Source of the DNA: Candidatus Woesebacteria bacterium
Lineage (GTDB): Bacteria > Patescibacteriota > Microgenomatia > UBA8517
DNA length: 64,000 nucleotides
Direction: 5' to 3'
NCBI GenBank assembly: GCA_016700095.1
Contig: CP065002.1
Coordinates: 112,463 to 176,462, forward strand
Shown here: positions 18,858 to 28,375 of the stretch, piece by piece
Layout of the letters: each line of letters opens with the position of its first letter
Numbering within the stretch: the stretch's first letter is position 1
Made by a program: the position numbers and the translations under genes
The notes under the pieces: generated by a model
The model's database searches: none
What the model saw: the letters and a program-made list of their open reading frames with translations, nothing else
Told to the model about the DNA's origin: nothing

Positions 18858-19277
18858 ATGAATCTCAAAACATACACTGTATTGCGGAGGTTAATCACAT
18901 TTACCGTTGGCTTGATTGTCGCAATGGCAACAGTTCGCGGCAGTTATTTATTGGCACTGACGGGGATTGTGACAGGATGTATTTTTCTAGTTATTGTACG
19001 GTCAAAAGCGGGAATAAAAATTGACGAACGGGATAAATTGATACGAGAAAAAGCCGCACAGATGGCATATGCGATTTTCACACCGACTTTGGCAATAGGT
19101 ACATTCCTTATCATGTTTCCCACACTAAGTGATCTGTCCGTATTTGCCAATGGTGAATTTACTTATCTGGAGTCTCTTGGGGTAATATTTGCATATTTAA
19201 CGCTATTTTTAATAACAGTGTATGCAATTTCATATCATTTTATAAACCGAAAGTTTTCGGGCGGCAATGAAGAATAA
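18858..19277 (+). CDS. DUF2178-like membrane protein (4 TM), partner of an XRE regulator
   Basis: Hydrophobic profile, and the stop overlaps the start of the downstream HTH gene. This is the characteristic gene pair. Confidence 0.5.
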   Translation: MNLKTYTVLRRLITFTVGLIVAMATVRGSYLLALTGIVTGCIFLVIVRSKAGIKIDERDKLIREKAAQMAYAIFTPTLAIGTFLIMFPTLSDLSVFANGEFTYLESLGVIFAYLTLFLITVYAISYHFINRKFSGGNEE

Positions 19278-19464
19278 TATTAAAGTACAAAGAGCAATGC
19301 ACGCTATGACTCAAGAGCAATTGGCTAAAAACATCGGAGTAACAAGACAAACTGTCAATGCCATTGAGAGCAATAGATACTTACCGTCTTTGGGATTAGC
19401 CTTCAAAATTGCAAACTTGTTTAAGGTTAAAATTGAAGATATTTTTCTTGATGACAAAAAATGA
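19267..19464 (+). CDS. XRE-family HTH transcriptional regulator
   Basis: QEQLAKNIGVTRQTVNAIESNRYLPSLGLAFKIANLF, a Cro/C1-type HTH. Confidence 0.8.
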   Translation: MKNNIKVQRAMHAMTQEQLAKNIGVTRQTVNAIESNRYLPSLGLAFKIANLFKVKIEDIFLDDKK

Positions 19465-19871
19465 CACTTAAAGATCAGGTTGTAAATAAAATAATATTCA
19501 TGAGTGCAATCGGTGTTAGTGTACTTGTGCTATTTTTCGTTATTACGTGCACATGGATAGGCTTTGATGTAAAAACTACATGTCAAAGTGCAAAAGAAGA
19601 ATATGGAGGTGATTGCACGGAAGCACTTTCCAGCTTATTGGATGATGAAAACAGAGGATTTAAAGCAAGAAATTCTGCGATTTGGGCGTTAGGTCAATTG
19701 GGAGATAAAAAGGCTTTGCCTGTCTTGGAGAGTTATTATACAGGTGTCATTCCCGAAAGAGAGCCGCTTAGTGACAGCATTAGCCAATATGAACTTAAAA
19801 AAGCAATAAAGCTCGCAAGCGGGGGAATTAATATCACTTCGCTTTTTTGGAAATACGGAATTGAAAACTAG
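19461..19871 (+). CDS. Membrane-anchored HEAT/PBS-lyase-like repeat protein
   Basis: N-terminal TM; NSAIWALGQLGDKKALPVL HEAT-like repeat. Confidence 0.4.
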   Translation: MTLKDQVVNKIIFMSAIGVSVLVLFFVITCTWIGFDVKTTCQSAKEEYGGDCTEALSSLLDDENRGFKARNSAIWALGQLGDKKALPVLESYYTGVIPEREPLSDSISQYELKKAIKLASGGINITSLFWKYGIEN

Positions 19872-19995
19872 TAAAGTATGGGTGTAACAATTTTATAATT
19901 TAAAATCCTCAGCGTAATTTCATGAAAGGAACTGGTTTATTGAAGCAAAACAAGATTTAAACAGTTCAACTAAAGTGTTTTAGTACACCACAAAT

Positions 19996-20622
19996 CTACA
20001 AAATAAGTGACGCCACAAAGAAATAAATCGTGATACTCAAGATGTCCTGGATAATGGTTGCAATTGGGCCACTGGCGTTAGCGGGATCCGTATTTGTTTT
20101 TTCAAAGATTCTCGGCATGATAAGACCGGTAAAAACAGAAGAAAGAATTGAGAAAAATAAAGAGATTGATAAAACCATGCTTATTGTTAGTTCGTGATTA
20201 AGTATCAGCGTAGAGAGAAATAAAAGTAAACTGACAATCAATCCAACAAAGGTGACCGTTGTCAGATGTTTCATGAAATATTTTATAAAATTTATCTTTG
20301 GATGCATGGCGAAATCGCGAATGACATACGATTCCATTTGTGTTCCCACGGCATCGCTCATATAGACAATCAAAGGTATAAATCCCGCCAAAACGATGTT
20401 TGTCGAGAGAAGTTCTTCAAATCCTCCAACAATTTTGGAAGCGAGAAGTCCTCCAAGTAAACCAATAAATAGCCACGGAAGTCGGTGTTTGAGGGATTTT
20501 GTCAGTGATAGTTTGAAAACATCATCGATCTGACCCGTATGATTAATGTTTTTGTGATGGTGAGAATAGGCACGCATGAAATTAAAGAAAAACGCTCGCA
20601 ACGCCAAAGTAAATCGAAACAC
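19996..20622 (-). CDS. MgtE-like membrane domain protein (TM domain only)
   Basis: Paralogous to the C-terminal half of the upstream MgtE (..GPIATIIQDILSITIYFFVA vs ..GPFATILQDLLSVSIYFGVA). Confidence 0.65.
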   Translation of the reverse strand: MFRFTLALRAFFFNFMRAYSHHHKNINHTGQIDDVFKLSLTKSLKHRLPWLFIGLLGGLLASKIVGGFEELLSTNIVLAGFIPLIVYMSDAVGTQMESYVIRDFAMHPKINFIKYFMKHLTTVTFVGLIVSLLLFLSTLILNHELTISMVLSISLFFSILSSVFTGLIMPRIFEKTNTDPANASGPIATIIQDILSITIYFFVASLIL

Positions 20623-21586
20623 TCAGAAGATCTTGTAAAATAGTAGCAAACGGGCCACTACCTGACGCGGGTTCTTGGTTTAGCTTGAAAAGAAGGTAGG
20701 GAATTAAGACCGCGACAATTGTCGATACGGAAATGGCAACAAATGATGCCAAACCAACCACAATTCCAATAAAAGACAATTTCCAAAATGTAGCGATTAC
20801 CAACCAAATTAAAGTACCGCATATTAGGCCAATACAAGTACTGGAGACGAGTTGCTTTGCAAAATACGGAAGGATTGTCAGTTTGGGACTAAAAGCTAAA
20901 TCACGAACAAGGAAAGTTTGGGTCTGAGCACCCACTGCATTGCCTATATAAACGACAAGAGGAATGAATATCGCAAGAACCACATTTGCCGATAAGGTGT
21001 GTTCGAAAAATCCAATTACTTGTGCGGAGAAAATTCCTCCAATTAATCCCACTAATATCCACGGTAAACGAGAGATGATGTTTTTAAAAATACCATAGTC
21101 AAGAATTGTTTGGTATTTGTCTCCAATTGAAACGACTCCTGCGAAATGATGAAAGCTGTTCCTGTATTGATTGTAAAGAATTGCCAACACTTTATCGTTC
21201 GTGAGTACACCCACAAGGTGATTGGTAGTATCGACAATGGGAACGGCTTTGATGTTATGTTTTATTGCCATGTGCGCAACTTTTCCTTTGTTTATTTTTG
21301 GATGACTAACGACCAGATCCGTTATCATAATGTCTTTGACCTTTTTGGCGGGGTCGTTTTGGAATAATTCTTTTATGGAAATTACACCGGCTAACTGACT
21401 GTTTATATTATTTACGTAAATATAATCGACACTGTCTGTGTTTTGGGTAAATTCTGACAGCTTGTTTCTTATTTCTCCAATTGTCATGTTGCTATCAACT
21501 ACCGGTATTTTGGTTGTAATGTCTTTGCCGACGGCTCCGTTGGGCAGGCGAAGTTTCTTCTTGGTTTGTAATTTACGTGAATTCAT
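20582..21586 (-). CDS. mgtE: Magnesium transporter MgtE (CBS pair + TM domain)
   Basis: Tandem CBS domains followed by an MgtE TM domain with the conserved D/E-rich motif. Confidence 0.85.
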   Translation of the reverse strand: MNSRKLQTKKKLRLPNGAVGKDITTKIPVVDSNMTIGEIRNKLSEFTQNTDSVDYIYVNNINSQLAGVISIKELFQNDPAKKVKDIMITDLVVSHPKINKGKVAHMAIKHNIKAVPIVDTTNHLVGVLTNDKVLAILYNQYRNSFHHFAGVVSIGDKYQTILDYGIFKNIISRLPWILVGLIGGIFSAQVIGFFEHTLSANVVLAIFIPLVVYIGNAVGAQTQTFLVRDLAFSPKLTILPYFAKQLVSSTCIGLICGTLIWLVIATFWKLSFIGIVVGLASFVAISVSTIVAVLIPYLLFKLNQEPASGSGPFATILQDLLSVSIYFGVASVFL

Positions 21587-21685
21587 GTATTTATAGACTT
21601 TCCACGAGGATCGCTCGGGGTATTTTTATAACTTACGTCAAATATAACTTTACTTCAAACTCGTGTTCGGAGCAATTATGGTTAA

Positions 21686-22162
21686 TTATCGCAAAGCTAT
21701 TCCTAGGTACAAAAACAAAGCAATAAAAACGAAGGATATCCAGTATTGGGACGGTAGCAGGATAAACCATGAAGTATGCCAGGGGATTGCCTCTTTATTG
21801 AATTTTTTCAATCCATAGTGGGGATTAAAAACAAACCACAGAAAGTCGCCCAGTCTCAAGACAAACAATACAAACGAGATGATAAGGAATTCGTTGGCTA
21901 AACTCCACGCGGAAAAAAGTAGAGGTGTATGGGCAAGTGTAAGTATAAAGAGCCATAAAAAGGTGTGATATCCGGTTAGAGGTTTGTTGGCACCCGGAAA
22001 ATAATTAAACCACTTCGGGTGAAGGCGCCAAGTGGATAAATTTTTTGCCCAACCATCTTTTCCTTCGATTTGAATTTCAAGTAGAGCCAGGAAGCTACTA
22101 ATTGTTCCACCCAGAAGAAAATACTTTACCAGAAAGACGTGTAAGTCTGACATCCACTCCAT
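21686..22162 (-). CDS. Hypothetical polytopic membrane protein
   Basis: 158 aa with 4-5 predicted TM segments. Confidence 0.45.
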   Translation of the reverse strand: MEWMSDLHVFLVKYFLLGGTISSFLALLEIQIEGKDGWAKNLSTWRLHPKWFNYFPGANKPLTGYHTFLWLFILTLAHTPLLFSAWSLANEFLIISFVLFVLRLGDFLWFVFNPHYGLKKFNKEAIPWHTSWFILLPSQYWISFVFIALFLYLGIALR

Positions 22163-22305
22163 AAATATATAATACTATATCTACAATAAAACAACTTCCT
22201 GTCAAATTTATCCGTGGGTCAAGTAAAAGAGATTTTATCAATTTAGTTTACGCTTGTCTTAACAAAAGTCGGTAATTAAGATAACTATGGTTAATATATA
22301 CTGAA

Positions 22306-23445
22306 GTGATGAATTTTAATTTTCGTGTTGCGTGGAGATTTCTTACTTTCAATAAGTTGCAGACTCTGTTTATTTCAATTGGTATTGGAGTTGGGGTAAC
22401 CGTGCAGATGTTTGTAGGTCTATTGATTGATAGTTTGCAAACAAATTTGATTGATCAGACGGTTGGTCGGTCTGCTCATATTACTGTGATTGCAGAAAAA
22501 GAAAAAGAATATATAAAAAATTCCGACAACATTCTAGAACTAATTAAGCCGATCGAGGGTATAAAAATTGCTCAGAAAGTAGTTGAGGGGAGTGTGTTGG
22601 CAATAGGAAGCGATGATAGTAAACGGGTAATTTTCAAAGGTGTGGAATTAATTAATAATGATATTTTTGGAATTTCAGAAAGTTTAGTTGAAGGATCCCT
22701 GCCCACAACCCAGAGTGAAGTGTTGGTGGGAACACAACTGGCGCAAACTCTCAATCTCAAGTTGGGCGACAGAATATTTTTAGACGATGTTTCGCAAGCA
22801 GGTGGAGGGTTTAGGATTTCAGGTATTTTCGATATAGGCAACAGCGCGATTAACGAAAACTGGATTGCTGCGGACGTTGAAACGGTCCAAAATTTCTTTG
22901 GATTGAGGAAATATATTAATCAGATAGCAATTCAGGTCGATGACATTTTTGCTGCCGATACGCTAGCCTTAACAATTGACCAGACTATCAAAGAAGAATC
23001 GATCAAAGTAACCAATTGGAAAGACGAAAACCGGGATTTTTTAAGTGCCTTATCTAGTCAAACAGCAAGTAGCTTTATGATTCAGTTTTTTGTACTTGTT
23101 TCGGTAATTATTGCAATTACGAGTATTTTGAGTATTACCGTCATGCAAAAACAACGCCAACTGGGAATATTAAAAGCCATGGGGATCAAAGATAGTGATT
23201 CAATGTCGATATTTATTATTGAAAGTTTTGCTATCGGTTTGTTGGGGTCAACGCTTGGGATTGCGGGTGGGTTTGGTCTTTTCCTGGGATTTATAAATGG
23301 AACAAAGTTGTTTGAACCTACGGTGAGATGGACGTATGTAGCAGGAACTTATCTTTTAACTGTTGTTGCATCGACTCTTGCGGGATATATACCGGCAAGA
23401 AAGTCGGCTAATTTAAATCCCATCGATATCATTCAAAATGAATAA
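22306..23445 (+). CDS. ABC transporter permease (FtsX/MacB/LolE-like)
   Basis: N-terminal TM, large periplasmic loop, and C-terminal FtsX-type 3-TM domain. Confidence 0.85.
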   Translation: MMNFNFRVAWRFLTFNKLQTLFISIGIGVGVTVQMFVGLLIDSLQTNLIDQTVGRSAHITVIAEKEKEYIKNSDNILELIKPIEGIKIAQKVVEGSVLAIGSDDSKRVIFKGVELINNDIFGISESLVEGSLPTTQSEVLVGTQLAQTLNLKLGDRIFLDDVSQAGGGFRISGIFDIGNSAINENWIAADVETVQNFFGLRKYINQIAIQVDDIFAADTLALTIDQTIKEESIKVTNWKDENRDFLSALSSQTASSFMIQFFVLVSVIIAITSILSITVMQKQRQLGILKAMGIKDSDSMSIFIIESFAIGLLGSTLGIAGGFGLFLGFINGTKLFEPTVRWTYVAGTYLLTVVASTLAGYIPARKSANLNPIDIIQNE

Positions 23446-24127
23446 AATAATTCAAATCAGCAATTTAAATAAAACATACGGAGATATTTCTCCCACTGTT
23501 GCACTAAAAAACATCAATCTGGAGATTAACGAAGGAGAAATTACGGCGATTATTGGCCAGTCGGGAAGTGGCAAGACAACGCTTCTTAACATGATAGGAT
23601 TGCTTGATACTCCAACTAATGGAAATATAACGATAAACGGACAAGATGTGCGAAATCTGACAAACGACCAACGTGCCGAATTTAGGAACGAAGTAATGGG
23701 TTTTGTTTTCCAATTTCATTATCTTCTGCCTGAATTTAGCGTAATTGAAAACGTCAAAATGCCGTGTTGGATAAGATGCGGCAAAACAAGAAGCCAAGAC
23801 GACAAGTGGGCAGATACGCTTATCGACCTTGTGGGTCTAAAAGAGGAAGCAAACAAACTGTCGACAAAAATTTCCGGCGGACAAAGGCAAAGGACGGCAA
23901 TTGCCCGAGCTTTGATGAACAAACCAAAAATAATCTTAGCTGATGAGCCGACGGGAAATTTGGATACAAAAAACTCCGACAATATATATGAGATATTTAA
24001 AAAGATTAATCACGATTTAAAAACCACCTTTGTCATAATTACCCATAGTGAAGAAATCGCCAAACGCGCAAATAGAATTATTGAAATTAAAGATGGGGAG
24101 ATAAAAAGTGATAGCAAGAAATACTAA
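23438..24127 (+). CDS. ABC transporter ATP-binding protein (LolD/MacB type)
   Basis: Walker A GQSGSGKTT, signature LSGGQRQR, Walker B ILADEPT. Confidence 0.9.
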   Translation: MNKIIQISNLNKTYGDISPTVALKNINLEINEGEITAIIGQSGSGKTTLLNMIGLLDTPTNGNITINGQDVRNLTNDQRAEFRNEVMGFVFQFHYLLPEFSVIENVKMPCWIRCGKTRSQDDKWADTLIDLVGLKEEANKLSTKISGGQRQRTAIARALMNKPKIILADEPTGNLDTKNSDNIYEIFKKINHDLKTTFVIITHSEEIAKRANRIIEIKDGEIKSDSKKY

Positions 24128-24170
24128 AAGTGCTTTATTTTTTCTTTTCGGCAATACAACCTGATTTATC

Positions 24171-24602
24171 GTGTGGGTGGAGAATAGTCTTGCCGTCGAA
24201 GGCGCAAAAGATACCGCGTATCCAGGTTTGTTGAATATCGTATGTAGTATAATCGCTGTTGTGAAGGTAATTCCACAAAGCAAAGCAAAAAAATTCCAGA
24301 ATAGTCGATATTGTGAGGTGCTTGAATATGGCTTAAATGATAAGGATATAAATGCTGCACTGGTTACAATAACTGGAAGATATCCCGATAAAGGCTATAC
24401 GGTAAATAAAGCCTGTAAAGAATTGGTTTTAGTAATAGCCGGACGGGGAAAAGTTGTGATCGAAGAAAAAGTATTTCAACTCAGGAAAGGGAGTGTTATT
24501 CTGATAGAACCGGGGGAAAAGTTTTTCTGGGAAGGAAGGTTGACGATGTTCATGCCTTGCACCCCTGCCTGGTACCCGGCACAACATATTAAAGTAGATT
24601 AA
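24171..24602 (+). CDS. Cupin-like small protein
   Basis: Beta-rich. The cupin assignment is weak. Confidence 0.3.
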   Translation: MWVENSLAVEGAKDTAYPGLLNIVCSIIAVVKVIPQSKAKKFQNSRYCEVLEYGLNDKDINAALVTITGRYPDKGYTVNKACKELVLVIAGRGKVVIEEKVFQLRKGSVILIEPGEKFFWEGRLTMFMPCTPAWYPAQHIKVD

Positions 24603-24609
24603 GTAAATA

Positions 24610-25141
24610 ATGAAAAAAGTGATTATAGCTTCAACAAATCCAGTAAAAATAAATTGTGTCAAACATGGATTCAGAAAAATGTTTCCTGATAATAAATTTT
24701 CTTTTGAGGGTATTTTATGTTAAATCAGGAGTATCAGATCAACCAATATCTGAAGAAGAAACCCGAAAGGGTGCACAACAAAGGGTGCGAAATGCATTCA
24801 AAACACATCCAAACGCAAATTTTTGTGTTGGGGTAGAAGGAGGATTAAAGATCAGAAAGGGGAAGATGGAAGCCTTTGCGTGGGTTACAATAAGATCAAA
24901 ATCCGGAGTAGTCGGTGAAGGGAGAACGGGATCATTTATATTACCTGAAAAGATAGCAAAACATGTAAAGCAAGGAAAAGAACTTGGCGAGGCGGATGAT
25001 ATAGTTTTTGGACAGGTAAATTCAAAGCAATCAAATGGTACTGTTGGTAATCTAACCAAAAACGTTATTACTAGGACGTCGTATTATGAACCGGCTGTGA
25101 TATTTGCTCTGATTCCCTTTGTGAATCCAGCACTTTATTAA
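24610..25141 (+). pseudogene. yjjX: yjjX-type non-canonical NTPase (ITPase/XTPase), interrupted by a +1 frameshift at about 24712-24722
   Basis: Frame 1 (24610-24723) encodes MKKVIIASTNPVKINCVKHGFRKMFPDNKFSFEGILC*, which matches the YjjX N-terminus. Frame 2 (24656-25141) continues ..VKSGVSDQPISEEETRKGAQQRV...ILALIPFVNPALY, which matches the rest of YjjX. Removing one T from the ATTTTAT run joins them. Confidence 0.7.
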
Positions 25142-25183
25142 TTTGCGGTTATTGTATTTTTGGGAATGTGAGATTGAAACAAG

Positions 25184-25819
25184 ATGTTTATGAAAAAATT
25201 AGTTTTTGTCGTTTTCTTTCAACTTATCCTTCTTCATATTTTCGTTACAAGTATCAAGGCAGATTTAATAAATCCTGATTATTTAACCAAAAAATGTTCA
25301 CCGGGGAAAATCGAAGTTGAATGCAGTTATCGAAGCAGTAAGCCGTTTGGACCAAAAACTTTTGATGGGTGTGCCAAATACAAGAATGATTCCAATTACT
25401 CATATTTAACAAGCGAAGGCCATTCCTTTGGGGGAAAGGAGAAATATTGCTACACGCAGGGCGACTCAGTTAATTTTTTACTCTTAAACTTAAAGAAGTT
25501 ATTTTCATTAGTGATAATCACAATTGCGCTTGAATCAATTTTTTACTTTCTTGTTGGGTTTAAAAATAAGAAACAATTTTTATCACTAGTTTTTGCCAAC
25601 TTGGTTTCCGTATCTTTATTGTACCTTGCTACACTAACACTCCCGTATTCAAATTATTTAATAGTTTTGGGTATGGAATTAGCGGTGGTTGTTTTTGAAG
25701 CATGGTTTATAAAATTAGTTATAAAAACTATACGTGTAAGAAAGATATTACTTTTAAGTTTTGGTGCTAATTTGATTTCTGCAATAGTAGGTACCTTAAT
25801 ACTTGCTTTGTTGATGTAA
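25184..25819 (+). CDS. Hypothetical protein: signal peptide, Cys-rich ectodomain, C-terminal multi-TM region
   Basis: 211-aa ORF with an N-terminal signal peptide, a Cys-rich central region and C-terminal hydrophobic segments. Confidence 0.45.
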   Translation: MFMKKLVFVVFFQLILLHIFVTSIKADLINPDYLTKKCSPGKIEVECSYRSSKPFGPKTFDGCAKYKNDSNYSYLTSEGHSFGGKEKYCYTQGDSVNFLLLNLKKLFSLVIITIALESIFYFLVGFKNKKQFLSLVFANLVSVSLLYLATLTLPYSNYLIVLGMELAVVVFEAWFIKLVIKTIRVRKILLLSFGANLISAIVGTLILALLM

Positions 25820-25837
25820 TAATCTTTGTAGGAAGGA

Positions 25838-26206
25838 TTAGTATTTTTCCCTTAAGTTATTCAGTGCCAAGAAAATTTCTTTTTCAGCTTGACGGGCGAG
25901 CTCGGAGTGTGGATTAACGTTACCTGCCTCAAGTATCATCGTCGTTACAGCACGCCTTACACTGCCAAGCGTTACACCCTGACCCCTTAAACCATACACA
26001 GCAAATTCCGCATCAGGATCGTCGGGTGTCGTAAATTCTTTTCCGCCCAGGTTTCTGATTGGTGTATGTGAATTGGCAAGGCGTGTCGACACTGCTTCGG
26101 CAAGAGACCTGATAAAAGAATCGTCGGGTTCCTTATTGTTTTTTAGTCGCTCTATGGCAAGATTAATCGAATTGGCGGGTAGATATTTGGATAATGTTGC
26201 GACTAT
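25838..26206 (-). pseudogene. Remnant of an N-acetylmuramoyl-L-alanine amidase (Amidase_3), C-terminal part only
   Basis: ..FAVYGLRGQ..MILEAGNVNPHSELAR matches the C-terminal MPAVLVE-GFLSN block of Amidase_3 (intact paralog at 36721, ETGFLTN). The ORF has no ATG, is closed by a stop at 26207-26209, and the upstream region lacks the GHGG/HAD blocks. Confidence 0.5.
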
Positions 26207-26373
26207 TTATCAAGGCAATGATCCCGAGCATACCGCAAAAAGAAAAGAAAACGTGGAAAGAGGGATTGAAATATATAAGAAAAGATACAATTAGTTAGGA
26301 AATTCTCTGTGTTTACAGAATGGCTTTTAAATATTAAGTCACAGAAATAAGACAAGTTTCTGAAACATATCTG

Positions 26374-27108
26374 TTATTCGTTTGCGGGTTTGACTTGTTT
26401 TGTGAGATTTTCTTCATACTGCCCCATTTTTTCAGGAGCCAAATACACCGTAATATTTTCAACTAGCCTGGCTTCAATTACTGTATCAACACCCATATAT
26501 CTAGCGAGAATAGTATTTGGCATATTTTTCCATAAATCAGAGGCTGAAACACCCGTTCCACGCTTTCCCTCGAGCTCTCGGGCAGCTCCGGCTGTTGGTG
26601 ATGCATGTAACGCGCGTATGACAATATAGGTTCCACCATTTACCTCCCCCTTTGGTTTTTTGTCTTCGACTTGTCCATCAGTACCGACTAATTCAGTGAA
26701 ACCGATATGCTGATGATTTACCATTTTGCTGTCAGGAATATCGACAGTTTTCTTTTTTAGCCACCCCACCTGTCTAGATGAAGCTGCCCAAGTTCGAATT
26801 TGTTTTTCATGAATTGGCCTGGGGTCATGAGCTTGGTCCCATTCGGTTTGACCCTCAGGTTGTTCTGTATAACCGTTCGGGAAAGATACACCTCCGTCAG
26901 GAGTGGCTTTAACAATTACATTGGTGTGTACACCTCCTTCGTGCATTTCTGGTCCATTTTCTCCAAAAAGTTCAATCATCTCTGGTTTTGCTTTGACTGC
27001 TTCACTTATAAACTTACTTACATCTTCTGGCAGCACTCCAACAAGAGCCGCCGCACGATCAGCATGGGTAATACTTGTTGTTGACTCCTTACTAACTCTT
27101 TCTGTCAT
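26374..27108 (-). CDS. Hypothetical protein with atypical (GC-richer) composition
   Basis: 244-aa ORF, visibly more GC-rich than its neighbours. No motif recognised. Confidence 0.55.
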   Translation of the reverse strand: MTERVSKESTTSITHADRAAALVGVLPEDVSKFISEAVKAKPEMIELFGENGPEMHEGGVHTNVIVKATPDGGVSFPNGYTEQPEGQTEWDQAHDPRPIHEKQIRTWAASSRQVGWLKKKTVDIPDSKMVNHQHIGFTELVGTDGQVEDKKPKGEVNGGTYIVIRALHASPTAGAARELEGKRGTGVSASDLWKNMPNTILARYMGVDTVIEARLVENITVYLAPEKMGQYEENLTKQVKPANE

Positions 27109-27250
27109 TTTTGGTTATATTGCCCAATAAGCCTTGGACGTCTAGATTATATATTAGTTAGTGTAAAAATTCACCAACAGAGTTAATTAGGACAAAAGCT
27201 GTATGAGTATTGTTGTGTATCAAATGTGCAAATAATATATACTTTTTGTT

Positions 27251-27841
27251 ATGAAACCTTACGAAAAAGTATTGCAAGACGCAATTTTTCCCGAGCTTGA
27301 AAAGGGTCGACCCAATTGGGATAAGCCGCACACCGAAACCGTTGTTTGCTATGTTAAAAAAATTATTGAAAAATCAAAGGAATTGAATCTAGACGAGGAC
27401 GTTTTGATTATCGCCGCTTATGCCCACGATTGGGGATATGCGAGGTTGTTTGAAAAGGGCAAGCGCTTAAGTTTGGAGGATATCAATAAAGCTAAAAAGG
27501 TTCATATGATTATCGGAGCCGATAACATAAAAAATCTGCTGACGAGTGATGAGTTTGATTTTTTGTCCAACAAACAAAAACGTCGGGTGGAGCATCTAGT
27601 CCGCGTTCATGACAACCTAGATATTTTACAAGACACGGATGAATTGGTGTTGATGGAGGCAGATACACTAGCGGGATTAGATGTAAAAAGTGTAAAGCCG
27701 TCTTTTGATGCAGTGTCAAATGCTAGGTACATGAGAAGTGTTTATACCAAAAGATACCCTTTGTTTATAACCGATTACGCCCTGGATCTGTTTGCAAAAC
27801 TTTTCAAACAAAGGCAAGATTATTACAGAGGTTTAGATTAA
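27251..27841 (+). CDS. HD-domain phosphohydrolase
   Basis: H..(AAYAHDWGY) HD motif in a 196-aa protein. Confidence 0.7.
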   Translation: MKPYEKVLQDAIFPELEKGRPNWDKPHTETVVCYVKKIIEKSKELNLDEDVLIIAAYAHDWGYARLFEKGKRLSLEDINKAKKVHMIIGADNIKNLLTSDEFDFLSNKQKRRVEHLVRVHDNLDILQDTDELVLMEADTLAGLDVKSVKPSFDAVSNARYMRSVYTKRYPLFITDYALDLFAKLFKQRQDYYRGLD

Positions 27842-27850
27842 ACTAGTTAC

Positions 27851-28375
27851 ATGAATAAACTTTTTGATGGTTGTAAGGTGTATTTTTCCAATTCGATCAA
27901 AGGTGTCCCCGATATCGACCCGAATTTTGGGTACGAGCTGGTGCAATTTATGAAAAATAATGGAGCTGATGTTTTAAGTGAACACGTGGCCGGAAGAAAT
28001 CAGAAAGAGATAGACAAGGTGTTTGAGCAACGTGTTGGAATTAAATGGGATGAGGTGGAAAATCCTTGGGAGATGGCGAGAAAAGTCGACATGGCATGGG
28101 TAGATGAAGCGACGCATCTGGTTGCCATAGTAAACAGTCCAAGTTTGGGAGTAGGTATGGAAATAGAGCGTGCAATTGGAAAAGCCAAAAGGGGATTAAA
28201 TAAAACTTATATACTTTGTTTGGTTCGTGAAGATCTATTACACAATCTAAGCAGTATGGTTCGGGGAATCACCGAAGAAGAAGCGCCAGAATTTAACTTG
28301 GTAACGTATACCAATTTAGATGACGCTAAACAATTAATTGAGAAATTTTTGTCAAACAGTGCTTCATTTAAATGA
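27851..28375 (+). CDS. Nucleoside 2-deoxyribosyltransferase / DNPH1 (Rcl)-like N-glycosidase family
   Basis: VYFSNSIKG (compare YFCGSIRGG of DNPH1) and ...HLVAIVNSPSLGVGMEIERA (conserved Glu region). Confidence 0.6.
   Translation: MNKLFDGCKVYFSNSIKGVPDIDPNFGYELVQFMKNNGADVLSEHVAGRNQKEIDKVFEQRVGIKWDEVENPWEMARKVDMAWVDEATHLVAIVNSPSLGVGMEIERAIGKAKRGLNKTYILCLVREDLLHNLSSMVRGITEEEAPEFNLVTYTNLDDAKQLIEKFLSNSASFK

Noticed and set aside
24656-24723. Programmed +1 ribosomal frameshift in yjjX
   Set aside because: No slippery-site or stimulatory-structure pattern is evident. A homopolymer indel or pseudogenisation is more parsimonious. It is kept as a finding only as a frameshifted gene.
26073-26294. ORF 26073-26294 (+), 73 aa
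   Set aside because: Lies antisense to the amidase remnant region, has no motif, and is probably noise.
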